The notes beneath the pieces are model-generated. The model was given only the letters and a program-made list of their open reading frames with translations, did no database searches and had not been told where the DNA came from. Source: Camelus ferus (lineage: Eukaryota). From it: a stretch of DNA of 64,000 nucleotides. A program made the translations under genes and the position numbers. Every line of letters starts with the position of its first letter. Position 1 is the first letter of the stretch. The stretch is taken from positions 5,396,001 through 5,460,000 of the forward strand of contig NC_045697.1 in the NCBI RefSeq assembly GCF_009834535.1. The letters are read 5' to 3'. Below are positions 1 to 12,119 of the stretch, one piece after another.

Positions 1-854
1 CTTTCCTGGTTTCTCTCTGTGTATGGCTGTCTGGGTCTGTTTCTAAGGCTCTCTCCTTTCTCACCATGGAAACTGATTTCAATTCTGACCTCATCCAAAT
101 GATTACAAATAGGAGGGGGAAACCACAGTCCTGGAATCTCGGCAAGGCGGTGGCTCCTTCCTCTGGGGCGGGGCCGGGTGCCCCTGCAGACTTCCAAAGG
201 GCAGCCGGAGATGTCCTGTCTCAGCACCCCTCCCCTGGTGGAGGACGGGGAGGGACACTCCCCGAGGTCTTGGGGTCAGAGGTGGCTCAGCTGGTCTGGG
301 AGGACTGCGCCGCCCTGACCTGGTCTCTGGGACTGTGCTTCGTTATCTCCCAGGGCCGCCTTTCATCAGCAACCGCTGAGTTTTGTGGTGACCAGGCCTG
401 GGCTCTGGGGGGTGGGGAGCCCACCCTGATGCAGTGCAGAGCCCGGACAAGCCCTGTTTGCCTGATTCCTGCTCCCCTGGGGGTTACTTGGAGACACAGC
501 GCGGGGCAGGGGGCTTAACCCGGCCTCTTTCATCAGCTGGGACCCGGCTCTCCCTTCATCCTTCCCCCTCCCCACAGGTAGACCCGCTATCACTTCCTTC
601 AGAAAGAGAAATGCCTCTGACCCCAGCCCTCCTTCAGTTCCGAGGTCTAGCCAGTAAGGAAGGATTAGGATTTGCGAGATAGGGGATAAGATTACATTAA
701 AAGGTTTGATTAAGGAAATAGAGGAAACAGGGTTTAGTGTTTCTTGCCTCCGCTCTGGGTCTTCAAATTGAATGTTCTTATTCTCATGCAGAGGCAATCA
801 GCAACAATCCTGGCTAGCAACCTCCAACTCTGTTGTTGAATGCCCTCCTGAAAA

Positions 855-1070
855 CACACTTGCACACCCACTCACAACATGGACACACACTCCAATACCC
901 GCACACACAACTCATTTGCGGTCGGAGTCTCACACTCATACTCAGCGCTTATGCAACCCCACCCCCACTCAAATACATACACAGACTCACGTGTAGTCGT
1001 GTACTCACGTCACATCTATACGCACACAACTTGCTTGCACGCTCATGCAGACACACATACACACACACAG
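855..1070. repeat. Degenerate CA-rich low-complexity tract
   Basis: Interrupted (CA)n-like sequence (acacacttgcacacccactcac...acacatacacacacacag). Confidence 0.7.
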
Positions 1071-1320
1071 AATTTCCCCAGCTCTAAATGAGAAAATACA
1101 GAGACTGCCGAGATTGGACCAAGGCCTGGTTGACCTGGGCAGGGTGAGGCTCTGCTGACCAGCACAGCACTGGCCCCCTGGGAGGAAGGCAGCCAACACA
1201 GTGCAGTGGCTGGTGCTGTGGGACTCCTGGCTAGAGCTCACCCACCCTACGGCTCTTTTCAGAGAAGCTGGAGACCTGGATTTTTATTAGGGATGTCTCA
1301 ATTTAAAAACGCTGGCCATT

Positions 1321-2019
1321 TCATCATCAAAAAGTCCACGAGCTATAAATGCTGGAGAGGATGTGGAGAAAAGGGAACCCCCTACACTACAATCCCATTC
1401 CTAGGCATGTATCTAAAAGGAACTCTTAATTCAAAGAGATATGCACCCTAATGTTCACAGCAGCACTGTATAGCAAGGACATAAAAGCAACCTAAATGTC
1501 CATCAACAGATGACTGCAGAAAGAAGTTGTGGTATATGTATACAATGGAATACTACTCTGTCATAAAAAGAATAAAATAATGCCATTTGCAGCAACATGG
1601 ATGGACCTAGAGATCATCATTCTAAGTGAAGTAAATCAGACAGAGAAAGAAAAATACCATATGATGTCACTCATATGCGGAATCTAAAAAAAGAAAAGAA
1701 AAAGACAACACTAATGAACTCATCTGCAAAACGGAAACAGACTCACAGATATAGTAAACAATCTTATGGTTACCAGAGGAAAGTAGGTGGGAAGGGGTAA
1801 ATTTGGGAGTTTGAGATGTGCAAATGTTAGCCACTATATATAAAAATAGATTTAAAAATTTCTTCTGTATAGCACAGGGAACTATATTCAATATTTTGTA
1901 ATAACCTTTAATGAAAAAGAATATGAATACATGTGTATATATGCATGACTAGAACATCGTGCTGTACAGCAGAAATGGACACATTGTAACTGACTATACC
2001 TCAATTAAAAAAAAAAAAG
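1321..2019 (+). mobile_element. 5'-truncated LINE-1 (ORF2 C-terminus, 3'UTR, poly-A) with 15-bp TSD
   Basis: Encodes the L1 ORF2 end motif WMDLEIIILSEVNQTEKE (~1598). The L1 3'UTR ends in an A tail at 2007-2018. TSD aaaa(c/t)gctggccatt at 1306-1320 and 2020-2034, at a TT/AAAA endonuclease site. Confidence 0.93.
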
Positions 2020-2469
2020 AAAATGCTGGCCATTAATTTAACCAACAGCAACAACAAGAGCTCTTCAGGCTTCATCTGTCCTGAGGACAGCTGATTTAGG
2101 GCCCCTTAGCAGGGCCACTGCCCATTTCACAGATGGGGAAATTGAGATTCAGCAAGGACAGTGTCTTTTCCAGGGTTGCTCAGGAGAAGAATTGACATTA
2201 CCAGGAATACAGCTAAGATCTTTTGGGGTTTCTTAACAACTGGAACCTAATCAAATCAAGTTATTTGCCAAACACAGTTTATCAAAGCAGTCGCTTCCCT
2301 TAACCTAAAGTTAATGTTCCTCCAACAGCTCAAATGTCACTTATCCAGCCAGTCCCATCTAGAGGACCTCCTGCCCTTTGCGCTTCGATCACTTTACCCC
2401 ACAACCCTCGCAGTCATCCTGATTGTAAATGAGTTTCATTTGCCAGGAGTTTATTTTTAATGGTCGTCA

Positions 2470-2838
2470 GTGGCGTGTTCCCTCCCTCAGGCACATGGGA
2501 GGTCCCAACACAGCCTTTCCTGTCTCCTTATTGGTGGATGGGGCCATGTGACTGGCTTTAGCCAGTGATCTGTGAGCAGAAGTAACTTGCGTCAATTCCA
2601 GTGAAAGACTTAATAGCTGTTGCGCCACCCTGCAGAGCGCCCTTTCTCGCAGGCATGGTGACTGGCAATGTTTAGAAGGTAACTACTCCATCAGTCTGGT
2701 CCCCAGTGATGAGCAGAGGCCCCCTGGTGACCTGTGGTAGATGTGCAGCGTGAGCAAGAAAATAAACTTGTATTCAGCATGGAGATTGAGGGGTTGTTTG
2801 TTACTGTAGCACAACCTATTTTCTCCTGACTGCTATAC
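2470..2838 (+). mobile_element. Old MaLR LTR (MLT1I/J-like)
   Basis: ggccatgtgactggctttagccagtga...gtgagcaagaaaataaac...ggggttgtttgttactgtagcacaacct...ctgact, typical of MLT1 LTR 3' halves. Confidence 0.7.
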
Positions 2839-3019
2839 TTTTTAAATGCCCATTTCTCACTGTTGCAATGTAGGGAGAAACCTTGCCTGTTTGTTCACTA
2901 TTAGTTTCCAGCACCTCAGCCCAAACCTGGCACTTCACAAGTACTTAAGGAACGTCTTTTGAATGGTGGATGTGTCAGCTGGTGCAGTGAGTGAAAGCAC
3001 AGCCTTTCAAAATAAGACA

Positions 3020-3195
3020 CGCCCTGACTGGAAACTCGGCTCTGCGGTATGACTTGGAGCAAGTGACAAAGTGTCTGAGCCTCACCTTTCCCTCCGGACA
3101 AATGGGGACACTACGATCCCCACCTCACCTGGATGTACCATGGGTGGACTGAGACTGTCCATCCTGTGTCCTCAGCTCTGTGCCTGGAGCTAGGC
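3020..3195 (+). mobile_element. MIR SINE
   Basis: gacttggagcaagtgac...ctgagcctcacctttccc...aaatgggga matches the MIR core. Confidence 0.65.
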
Positions 3196-3254
3196 AGAAG
3201 CTCAAGAGCGAGAGCTGGCAATATTCTCATTAATATGATGGATGGAGCGCAGGG

Positions 3255-3410
3255 AGTAGTTCTCAGAATTTCTCCCGATGCACAGGACAGTGCCTGTTCC
3301 AGGGCCCAATTCTAGAGGATTGAATTCGGTCAATTTGGCAAGGGGCCAGAAGTCTGCATTCAAAACCAGCCCCCTGGGTGATCTGATGCAATGGCTTGAC
3401 AAAGCTGGCC
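3255..3410. mobile_element. MER5-like hAT-Charlie relic
   Basis: gtagttctca...ggggccagaagtctgcattcaaaaccagccccctgggtgatctgatgca resembles MER5A/B. Confidence 0.6.
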
Positions 3411-3985
3411 TATGTGTTCACTGCGGAGCCTGATCCGCCATCAGTCTTCGGAGTGGGGAAGACTTGCTCTTCCTGCACTTAATTGAGCATCTGACTAGAG
3501 CGTTCATGATTTTCTCATGGCAATAATACTAAAAACAGACAGTCCGAAGCATTTCCCATGCACCAACCTCTCTGCCCAGGTGGCTAACCAGTCTCTGCTC
3601 CTAGCGACCCAAGTAGAAGATGTCGCCATCCCTACTCTACAGGCGAGGAAACTGAGGCTCAGAGAGGGATGGGTCTTGCCCAAGGGCACCCAGCTGAGGA
3701 GTGGCGGAGCCTCTGGGGAGCTCAATCTCATGGTCTGGGATGTAATGAGTGACCCAACCTGGAAATGACACTGATGTGGATGAGAAGGTCTTGCGTGGAA
3801 TCCTGCAGGGATGGTGAATTACAGTGCCTTTCAACCTAAACACAGATGTTTGCTGAAAACAATTTTATTGAGTTATAATCAAACACAATAAGACATACCT
3901 ACTCAAAGGGTATGATCTGTTAAGCTTCCACAAACTTAAACCCCCACGAAGCCTTCATCACAACTGAGCTCATGAACACGACATT

Positions 3986-4377
3986 TGTCTTAGTCATCTC
4001 AGGCTGCCACAGCAAAACACCACAAACTGGGGGGCTTAAACAACAGACATTTCTTTCCTCACAGCTTTGGAGGCTAGAAGCCCAAGCTCAGGGTGCCAGG
4101 ATGGGCAGGCTCCTGCGAGGCCTCTCTCCGCGGCTTACAGGTGGCCGCCCCCTTGCTGTGCCCTCACAGGGCCTTTCTCTAGTGTGTGTGCATGAAGTCA
4201 GAGGACTCTTCCCCTCTTCTTAAAGGCCGCTAGTCCCATGGGATTAGGGCCCCACCCTGTGACCTTATTTAACCTTAATTACCTCCTAAAAGCCCTATCT
4301 CCAAATACAGTCACACTTAGGGATAGGCTCCGATAAATGAATTTGGGGGAGGGAACACAACTCAGTCCATTGCAACA
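3986..4377 (-). mobile_element. MaLR LTR (MLT1A/B-like)
   Basis: Begins tgtcttagtc...ggctgccacagcaaaacaccacaaactggggggcttaaacaacagacattt and ends cacaactcagtccattgcaaca, i.e. the reverse complement of the MLT1A/B termini. Confidence 0.85.
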
Positions 4378-4389
4378 ACTAATTTTTAA

Positions 4390-4890
4390 AACTTCATTGT
4401 TTATCCAAGCATGCATAGAAATTTATGCTGATAAATGTTTACTACAGAATTATTATAATAGTGAAAACCCCAAACCACTTAAATGCCTAACTGTCAGAGA
4501 AAGGCTGGATAAGTGACGGTACATCTACACAGCAAATCATGAATGTAAACCCAGATCTAGGACAGTCCCTGACACTTGGTAAGTGCTTAATAAAAAAGTT
4601 AAAAATCTGTGCTTCTGAAGAGTTTCCAATGATATGGAGAAATGCTTAAGATACTGTATTATGTGAAAAAAAAATAATCAGGATTTAAAATGGCATTAGA
4701 AACCTACTTCTAACCATGTATACAATAAATACAAACACAGAAAAAGGATTAGGAAAAAAAAAGTTTTAACAGAAGTTGTCCTGGGGTGACGTGATTCATG
4801 GAGATTGTATTTGTTGCTTTAAATACATAATTTTCTTTAGTTTCCTCATTCTTTAAAATGAGCACACACTACTTCTATAAAGAGGAAGAA
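4390..4890 (+). mobile_element. Ancient L1 (L1M-type) 3' fragment
   Basis: AT-rich; ttataatagtgaaaa...cttaaatgcctaac...ggataagtgacggtacatctacacag...gatatggagaaatgcttaagatac resembles old L1ME/MC 3' ends. Confidence 0.55.
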
Positions 4891-6164
4891 AACTTGTATT
4901 GGCAGATTAGAAGTGGCATTGGAAAACTCAGTTGCACAGGAATGGAAGAGGTGATACCCAGCTTGACAGAGGTTCATGAAAATGACCACAGATCATTGAA
5001 AGAATAAGACAGATGTGAATTTGTGTCACAGATTCATACAGAAGTGTGATTTGGGGGCAATTCACTTGGACCTTCCTGGGCCTCAGTTTTCAAATCTGTA
5101 GAATGGGTACCATGATGGGCCCTTGAGTACAAGTTTTGAGATTAACTGAGTATGTGTTTCAACCTTGTTTTTTCTGCCCCCATCCTCCATCTTTTGTCTG
5201 CTCTTTACATTACAGATTGTTCCTCTCATTTATCAGATGAACATCTGTTGACCCAGTTTGGCCCAGGTGCAGACTAGCTCCTGGGGAGGCAAAGATAAAT
5301 CAGACATTTGCTGCTTTTTGAAGGGGGGGGGGACAAGGTCTATAGGGAGCCAAGGACAGGCCAGGCTCTTGGGGCCAACCACTGCTTGTTGTCATGACAA
5401 CATAAGCACCCACTCACCTGCCAGAGGACCCTGTCTTAACGTCGACTGCTCCATCTGTGGGCACGGGTTACCTGCCCATGAGGGGCTGGCCCACATGAGC
5501 CCTCTGCTAACAAGCGCTAGACCCATGATCCCACTTCTTCCACAAAGGGAGCTGGGAAGTCTGCAGATGGCATAGCCCTGACATCAGATGGACTCAAAAA
5601 GAGCAGACATGTGACCCAAGCCTGGAAGGGGTAAGTAGGAGCTTAACAGACTGGAAAAGCTCAGGGAAGAGGGAAAAGCATTTTCAAAGGCTTGGGTTTG
5701 ACCTGCCTTGTATGCTGTGTGACTCATTCTGGATGGAGTGGAATATAGACCATGAAGGCAGCCCTTGGAGATGGCTAATGCTAGGAACTGCATCCCAAAG
5801 GGCTTTGTTGATGGGGCTGAACAGTGAGATCTTTAACCCAGAGACCATGGGGAGCCACTGAGGGACTCGGGCAGGGGGCGGCCCCTAGGCGGACTTCCTT
5901 TGGCAGGACACCTGTGGATCAATGAAGGGGGTGCGCTGGGAGAGAGAAGGGAAGCAAGAGCAAGTCTGAGAGCTGTTTCTAACGCAGGGAGGGCTGTGGG
6001 GGTGTGGGGTGGGCAGCGGTGTAAACTCTGCAAGACACAGAGCAGGGAGAATTGACAGAGTTTGGTGACTGCCCCGATGTGGGTGCAGAGGGGATGGACT
6101 GCCAAGCTCCTAGTGGCAGAGACTGCAGACAAGGGTGGTCCCTTCACAGTCAGGAAAAGCTGGA

Positions 6165-6302
6165 GGAGGGAGGGGATGGGGAAGAGAGAGGAGGACAGGG
6201 AGGAGGAGACAGGAGTAGGGAGGAGGAGAAGGAGAGGGAAAGGAGGAAGAGGAGGAGGAGGGATGGAGGAGAGAGGAGGGGAGTGGAGGGAGGAGCAGGA
6301 GG
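6165..6302. repeat. Polypurine (GGA/GAG) low-complexity tract
   Basis: About 140 bp of almost only G and A on the + strand. Confidence 0.85.
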
Positions 6303-6885
6303 CACTGATTCCCTCACTAGCAGGTGGGGTGTGAGAGCTCTACCCAGGGGAGCCAGGAGCCTCTCTCCGTGCCCTTGGGTGACCTTCCTGCTCTTCAGAG
6401 GCCCTGCCAGGCTTAATAAGGGCCTGTGATGTGTGGAGACTATCAATTACGGAGATGAGTTTATTTTGAAGTCCAAGATAGGAATGGCTGTGTCTCGACC
6501 AGGTATATGTTTACACCTCCAGGTTGGCGAGTCCAGAAATAAACACTTTGTCATGGCCTCATAGCCGAGCCCAAACCCTAGAAAGGTACTGTGCCGAGGT
6601 CTGCCCTCCAGACTCTGGGTCCTGGGGATGCATTTATGGGGTGCCTGCTGTGCACCAGGAGCGCTGAGAGGCGGGGGTGGCGCAGAGGGACCTTCACCCA
6701 GAGCCCCTTGTCTAGGGGTGGCAGGTGGGTCCAGACAGTGACAGTGAGACTGGGTCAGCACTTGGGGGGAGGGAACTGAGGAACTGAGGGGGAGCACTGA
6801 GGGGCAGAGGGCCCAGAGCAGGCTTCCCAGAGCGGGGCATCTGGGGATGTGCTGGGATAGGCTGGGTGGGGAGTTACCACTGAGC

Positions 6886-7292
6886 TGTGTGCTGGTGTCT
6901 GCAGCTGTTGTAACAGGGAACCACAGCCAGAGGGGCTTCAGCCTGCAGAGACTTTTCCTTTCACAGTTCCGGGCCCAGTCCAAAGTCAAGGTGTCAGCAG
7001 GGCCTTTCTGAAGAATCTAGGGAACAATCCTTACCTCCTCCCTGTTTCTGGTGGTTGCTGCTGCTCTTGGCTTGCAGACACATCACCGCAACCCCTGCAC
7101 GTCTTCACGTAGCCCTCTACCTTATGTCTCAGTCACATTGGAGGACACCAGTCATACTGGATTAAGGTCCACCCAATCCAATACGACCTCATCTTAATCA
7201 CAGCTGCAAAGATCTTATTTCCAAATGAGGTCCCATTCACAGGCTCCCGGTGAAGATGAATCTGGGTGGGGGGCACTGTTCACCCCAGTGCG
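6886..7292 (-). mobile_element. MaLR LTR (MLT1C-like)
   Basis: tcacagttccgggcccagtccaaagtcaaggtgtcagcaggg...gaggacaccagtcatactggattaaggtccaccc...gacctcatcttaa...ttatttccaaatgaggtcccattcacagg. Confidence 0.8.
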
Positions 7293-8038
7293 GACGGAGA
7301 ACAGGTCAGCATGACTGAGACTTTGATCCGGGATGCGGAGGGGTGCTGAGCAGACAGAGCTGGAAAGAAGAGGCAGAAGAAAGACCATGGGGCCCTGCAG
7401 GGAGAGCCTCTGCCCTGGATTGCAGGATCAACAGGCACGCACGTCGCCTTCCCACGGAACACAGGCAGGCAAGCCCGAGTGGACGTCCTTGCAGAATAAT
7501 GCAGAGAGAGGCCCTTTGATCTGTATCTCTGGAGAGACGCTGCCAGAATTCGAGGAGCTCTGGCCTCGTCCTCACTGCGGGGTCTGCAGCCCTCTGACAG
7601 CAGATTTATTCCACGGCAATACTTAAGGTGGAGAAATGCAGCCAGACCAGGGGCGGCCCCTTTTCCTGGTGTCTGGGATTGTTTTTCTCCTTCCGAAAGA
7701 GGCTCTGTCTCGGGAAGGGGAAGCAGCCGCTGCCTTGCCTCCAAGCGAGGTCCCCTGCTTTGTCAGCCCCAGCCTGGCTCTCGCCGACCCAGACCTTGTG
7801 GGCTCCCTGTGCCCAGACACAGGGTCCCTCGTGATACCCGGCTCCCAAGCTGAGTCTCCTCTGAGGAGGCCGGGAGGATGGGACACTCCTTTCTCACTTC
7901 CTGTGCACCAGGCATGATGCTCAGCACTTTAAAGTTCATTTCTGACTCGAGGGCTCCTAACCGCTGCAAATTGGTTGTCCATAGTTTACAGAGATGGGTG
8001 CTGAGGCCCAGAGAGGCTCAGCCCCGGTCACAGAGTGG

Positions 8039-8766
8039 TGTGATGTTTAACCCCACGCGCCCCCTTGGTAAGGCGGCCGGGCCCCGTGGTTTGCTTGCAC
8101 ACCAGTCTAGACGCCCTGCGAAGGCACTTCTTAGGTGGGATTAACATTTATGGGCTTTATGGACAGAGAAAGACAAATACTGTATGATATCGCTTATATG
8201 TGGAATCTACAAAATACAACAACCTAGTGAGTATAACCACAAAGAAGCACACTCACACGCACAGAGAACAAACCAGTGGTTACCAGTAGGGGGAGGGGAG
8301 GGGAGGGGGCAACAGAGGGGTGGGGGAGTGGGAGGTGGAAACTATTGGGTGTAAGATAGGTTTAAGGATGTATTGGGGAATAGAGCCAATATTTTGTAAT
8401 AACTTTAAATGGAGAGAAATCCTTAAAATTGTATAAACATTTTCAAAAATTAGAAAAAATAAATCAACGGCCATTGAGTAGAGCAGATGACACTGTGCAG
8501 TGTAAGTGGGCCTCACCTAATCAGTTGAAGGCTTGAATGAGTAAAGACTGAAATTTCCAGAAGAGGAAGGAATTGTCCTTAAGACTACATCCTAGAAACC
8601 TTGCCTGAGTCCTCCCCACCACCCTCTCTCTATACACACACACACACACACACACACATACATACACACACACATATGTATGTATATATGATAGACATAT
8701 ATGTAGACACACATAGATCTAAATATATAGATATAAATGTAGCTGTAAATATCAGTATCTGTCTGC

Positions 8767-8797
<31 letters not shown>

Positions 8798-8820
8798 TCC
8801 ACCAATTGGTTCTGTTTAGT
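8039..8820 (+). mobile_element. MLT2 (ERVL) LTR interrupted by an L1 fragment and containing CA/TA/TCTA microsatellites
   Basis: tgtgatgtttaa...gattaacattta resumes after the L1 as aatcaac...gagtagagcagat...gtgggcctcacctaatcagttgaaggcttgaat and ends attggttctgtt, all MLT2 hallmarks. Confidence 0.75.
8161..8463 (+). mobile_element. 5'-truncated LINE-1 3' end
   Basis: gacagagaaagacaaatactgtatgatatcgcttatatgtggaatcta...cagagaacaaaccagtggttaccag...G-rich tract...atagagccaatattttgtaataactttaaatgga, then an A-rich tail. Confidence 0.88.
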
Positions 8821-9569
8821 TTTTGCTCTGCTGCAGCCCTTCTCATGGAGTAGGGAGCGGATACCTCATTGTAGCCTTGATTTCAAGCTTTGCACACCTG
8901 CTGCCAAGAGAAGACCCCACGTTTTACTTACCTGCATCCGCGGCACTCCCTTAATGCCACACGGAGTAGGAACCTAGTAACAACATGCTGAATGAAGGAG
9001 TGAGTTGAGAGATTTTCGGATGAACTCTCTACGCCACACTTAGTCAAAAACCCTCTACCTGATCAAATTCTCCTGCCCTGCGTTTCCTCACTGAGTGCGC
9101 ACAGCTCCTGACGTAGAGAGCAGATCACGCCTATGGCCACCATCCTGGAGCCCTGGAGAAGCTGCGGGTGAGGGCAGCCTGGCCAGCCCTACCTAAGCCA
9201 GTGAGTGCAGCGTGCCAGGGAACGGCTCTGACTCAGTGAGGGCTGTTTTCCCCTGCTGTGCTTTTTTCCCAGTGGACCCATAATTTCATGTGCGTGTGCA
9301 CATGTGTGTGTGATGTTTTGTTCCCTGTAGCAGCCACCGTGGTTCACAGAGGAGTGAGCACCTGCTTTGCACTCAGACAAGCCAGGATATAGATTCCAGG
9401 GTCAAGATGTGGTCCTGTGTGCCCTCCGAGGGGTCATCCAACCACTGAAAGCCTCAGCTTCCTCTTGGAGTGTAGACTGGGGCTGCTGGGACCCGCCTTG
9501 TCTGTGTATCCTGAGGATACTGAGTAATAACAAATATTTATCAACTGCCTTACATAGACCCCTGTATTT

Positions 9570-9715
9570 GAGGTGGGTGTGTTATCTCCATTTTTCAGAT
9601 GAGGAAACTGAGGCTCACAAGGATGGGTGACCTGCTCAAGGTCACACAGTTCCAGAGTAGCAGAGCTGGAGTCTCAACCCGATGTTGTGGCCCCAGAGCC
9701 CACACACTTGACCCC
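9570..9715 (-). mobile_element. MIR SINE
   Basis: ccatttttcagatgaggaaactgaggctcacaagg...caaggtcacacag...cagagctggagtctcaaccc. Confidence 0.8.
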
Positions 9716-10184
9716 TGTGAAGTGCTTGGGACAGTAGCAAACTTGTGAGGTGGAAGTTGTCGGCCCAAGACTCAGAGAGGTTGAATGATGGCTCAAGGGC
9801 ACACAGCTGGACCGGGAGTCAATGCAGGTGGCTGTGGTGCAAAGCCTGAGCTCTCCGCACTGCACGGGAACCGTGGTCCTGAATGACAACCAGCAGCCAC
9901 CAGGGCTGGGAGCCGTTCTCTCACCAGCCTGAAGAAAAGTGTCGTCGGTGAGCTGCTTGGCCTGTCGGCTTCCTCACTGCTCTCCAAGATTCCACCTTCG
10001 CCAAGGCCTCCTGGGATGGGGGCAGCAGGGCAGGTGAGCTGAGGGGAGCCCTCTGCCCAGCAGCCCAGTGTGGGATCGGCCCCCTCTGGCCTGGAGAGCC
10101 CGGAGCCTGTCCCCGCCTTCCTCTCCACCTCCCGCCCTCTCCGGGGTTGTCACGGCAACTGCTTGGGCATCTCAGAGGCGTCTC

Positions 10185-10400
10185 CTTCAATAATCTGGGC
10201 CTCTGATCTCCGGCAGGCCTGTAATGAAGGGACAGTTTGTTAGCGCTGACATAAACACTGGGTTACCCGAGCCGCCTATTTCATGTCGTGGAAGAAGTCA
10301 GCCCAAGCCGGCCAGCAGCCGAGCAAACTGTGAAGATACTTATTTGTCCAGCTTCCTACAGTGAAAACCAATGTTTGTGAGGCCAGGAATTTTTTTCTAG
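10185..10400. promoter_or_regulatory. Candidate conserved non-coding element / enhancer
   Basis: Repeat-free block that retains CpGs, with TAAT and forkhead-like (taaaca, tatttg) motifs. Inferred from composition only. Confidence 0.3.
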
Positions 10401-11494
10401 TCATCGACCTTTTTTTCTCCCCCTTTGGTAAGGAAAGAACACTATCAGAAAGTGATCATGTATATTTTTTTAACTTAGGTCGACCCTCGGCGAAGGCAAA
10501 CAGAGCGCCCATGAATGGTAATGAACACAGGAGATAGCATTTGCTCCAGCCTGTCTGGTTTACGAAGCCCTTTCCTGGGTATGACTGCTCCGGTGACAGG
10601 TCAGTTCTGAGAGGAAGGTGGAGCATCCACACTTGTCCCCATGGACAGATGTAGAGGGGGGAAACAGAGAGGTTTAGTCACATGCCCAAGGTCACACAGC
10701 AGTAGAACAGGGATCCACCCCAGGCTTTTGAGGAAAAATCCAGTTCTTGCTGCTGTCCTGCATGGTGATGCCTTCCTGCAGGGCATCTAAGGAACCGAAT
10801 GTCTTCAAGCCAAATCCACAGTAGTGACAGGAGGCGATACATGTGTCCTAGCTCTCTCTGTGATGTTTTTGTATTGTCATCAACTTGACGATGTTTTTCG
10901 GGAAAAGGAATTAAAGAGCAGGCACAAAAACAAAACCTGCTGCTTTTGGTTTCTTCCTTCTTCTCAGCAAGTCAACCGCTTTGTCAGGGCTCTGGGGGCC
11001 GAAGGAGAGGCCGGCGTCCCAGGAGTTCAGCAATGCTGGGTGACGACCAGGGCCTCACCAAGACGCGAGCTTCAACCTTTGGGCACCGTTCCACCAGGCT
11101 GGCAGGCTTCTAGTCCTTGCTCTGGCGCCTGCTGACTGTGTGAAGTTGGGAGAGCTTCCTAACCACTGTGAACCTCAGTTTCCTCTTCTGTAAAACGTAA
11201 CTGATAGTCCTCGTACTTGCCCTACGGGTAGGATTCTGTATGGAAAAGAAGCCCTCAGCAAACACTAAACACATTTAGTTCTGGGGCAGCACCACGGTGA
11301 TGAGGGAAGAACCCCGGGTCCAAGTCAGACGTGACTCTGAGTCTGTGGGCTCTGAATGACTTAATGTTACTTCTGGGGCTTCTGCTGGTTCGTTGCAAAA
11401 TGGGATGGCTACCTTGGGCACGCAAGCTTACCCCCTGATGGGGGGCGCATCCTGTGCTGTGCAGTTTTATGCATCTGTTGCTTACAGCTCTCTG

Positions 11495-11625
11495 AGCACA
11501 TGCACCCATTTGACGGAAGAGGAAAGTGAGGCTTGGCATGGGAAAGTAACTTGGCCAAGGCCCCTGGAGTCCTAAGTGGCTGATGTGGGATTTGAACCCA
11601 GGCCTGTCTGATTAGTCTCTCCTCT
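11495..11625 (-). mobile_element. MIR SINE
   Basis: cccatttgacggaagaggaaagtgaggc...aagtaacttggccaagg...ggatttgaacccaggcctgtctga. Confidence 0.75.
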
Positions 11626-11686
11626 GGGCCGTGTGTGGTGAGATGCACATGAAAGGCCTCCTGGGAAAGGGGTGGGAAACGCAGCA

Positions 11687-11780
11687 TTTTTTTTTTTAAT
11701 GGAGATATCGGAGATGGAGCGCAGGACCTTGTGCGCACTAAGCACGCACTCCACCACTGAGCTGCACCTACCCCCACCCC
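11687..11780 (-). mobile_element. tRNA-derived SINE (camelid-type), short form
   Basis: Reverse complement reads ggggtaggtgcagctcagtggtggagtgcgtgcttagtgcgcacaaggtcctg...ctccatt(A)n, with an A-box and poly-A. Confidence 0.85.
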
Positions 11781-12119
11781 AACGTTTTGTCAAAGTCAGG
11801 TTCACCAGTGCTTCTGATTTTCCTTCCTGCTCCCACCTCCGCTAACTCAAGGGGCTTCTCTTCCCCCCCAGGACACAGGCCTCCCAACTCTCGAAAGGAG
11901 ACAGGCAGCCTGGTTCCCACCGCCCCCACCCGCCCTTGGTCCCCCTCCCGGGCCCAGCCAGGCAGCAGGGGGCGGAGCGAGCTGGCGGCCCCATCCCTCC
12001 CATAGCCTCTTTCTGCGGGAGCCCAGTCCCCAACTGTCCCCTGGGGTCAGATCCATCACGCCACTCGATCAGGCGTGCTCCGCCAGAGGGTCAAGTGGCC
12101 AGCCGCCTCTGGGCTCTGG

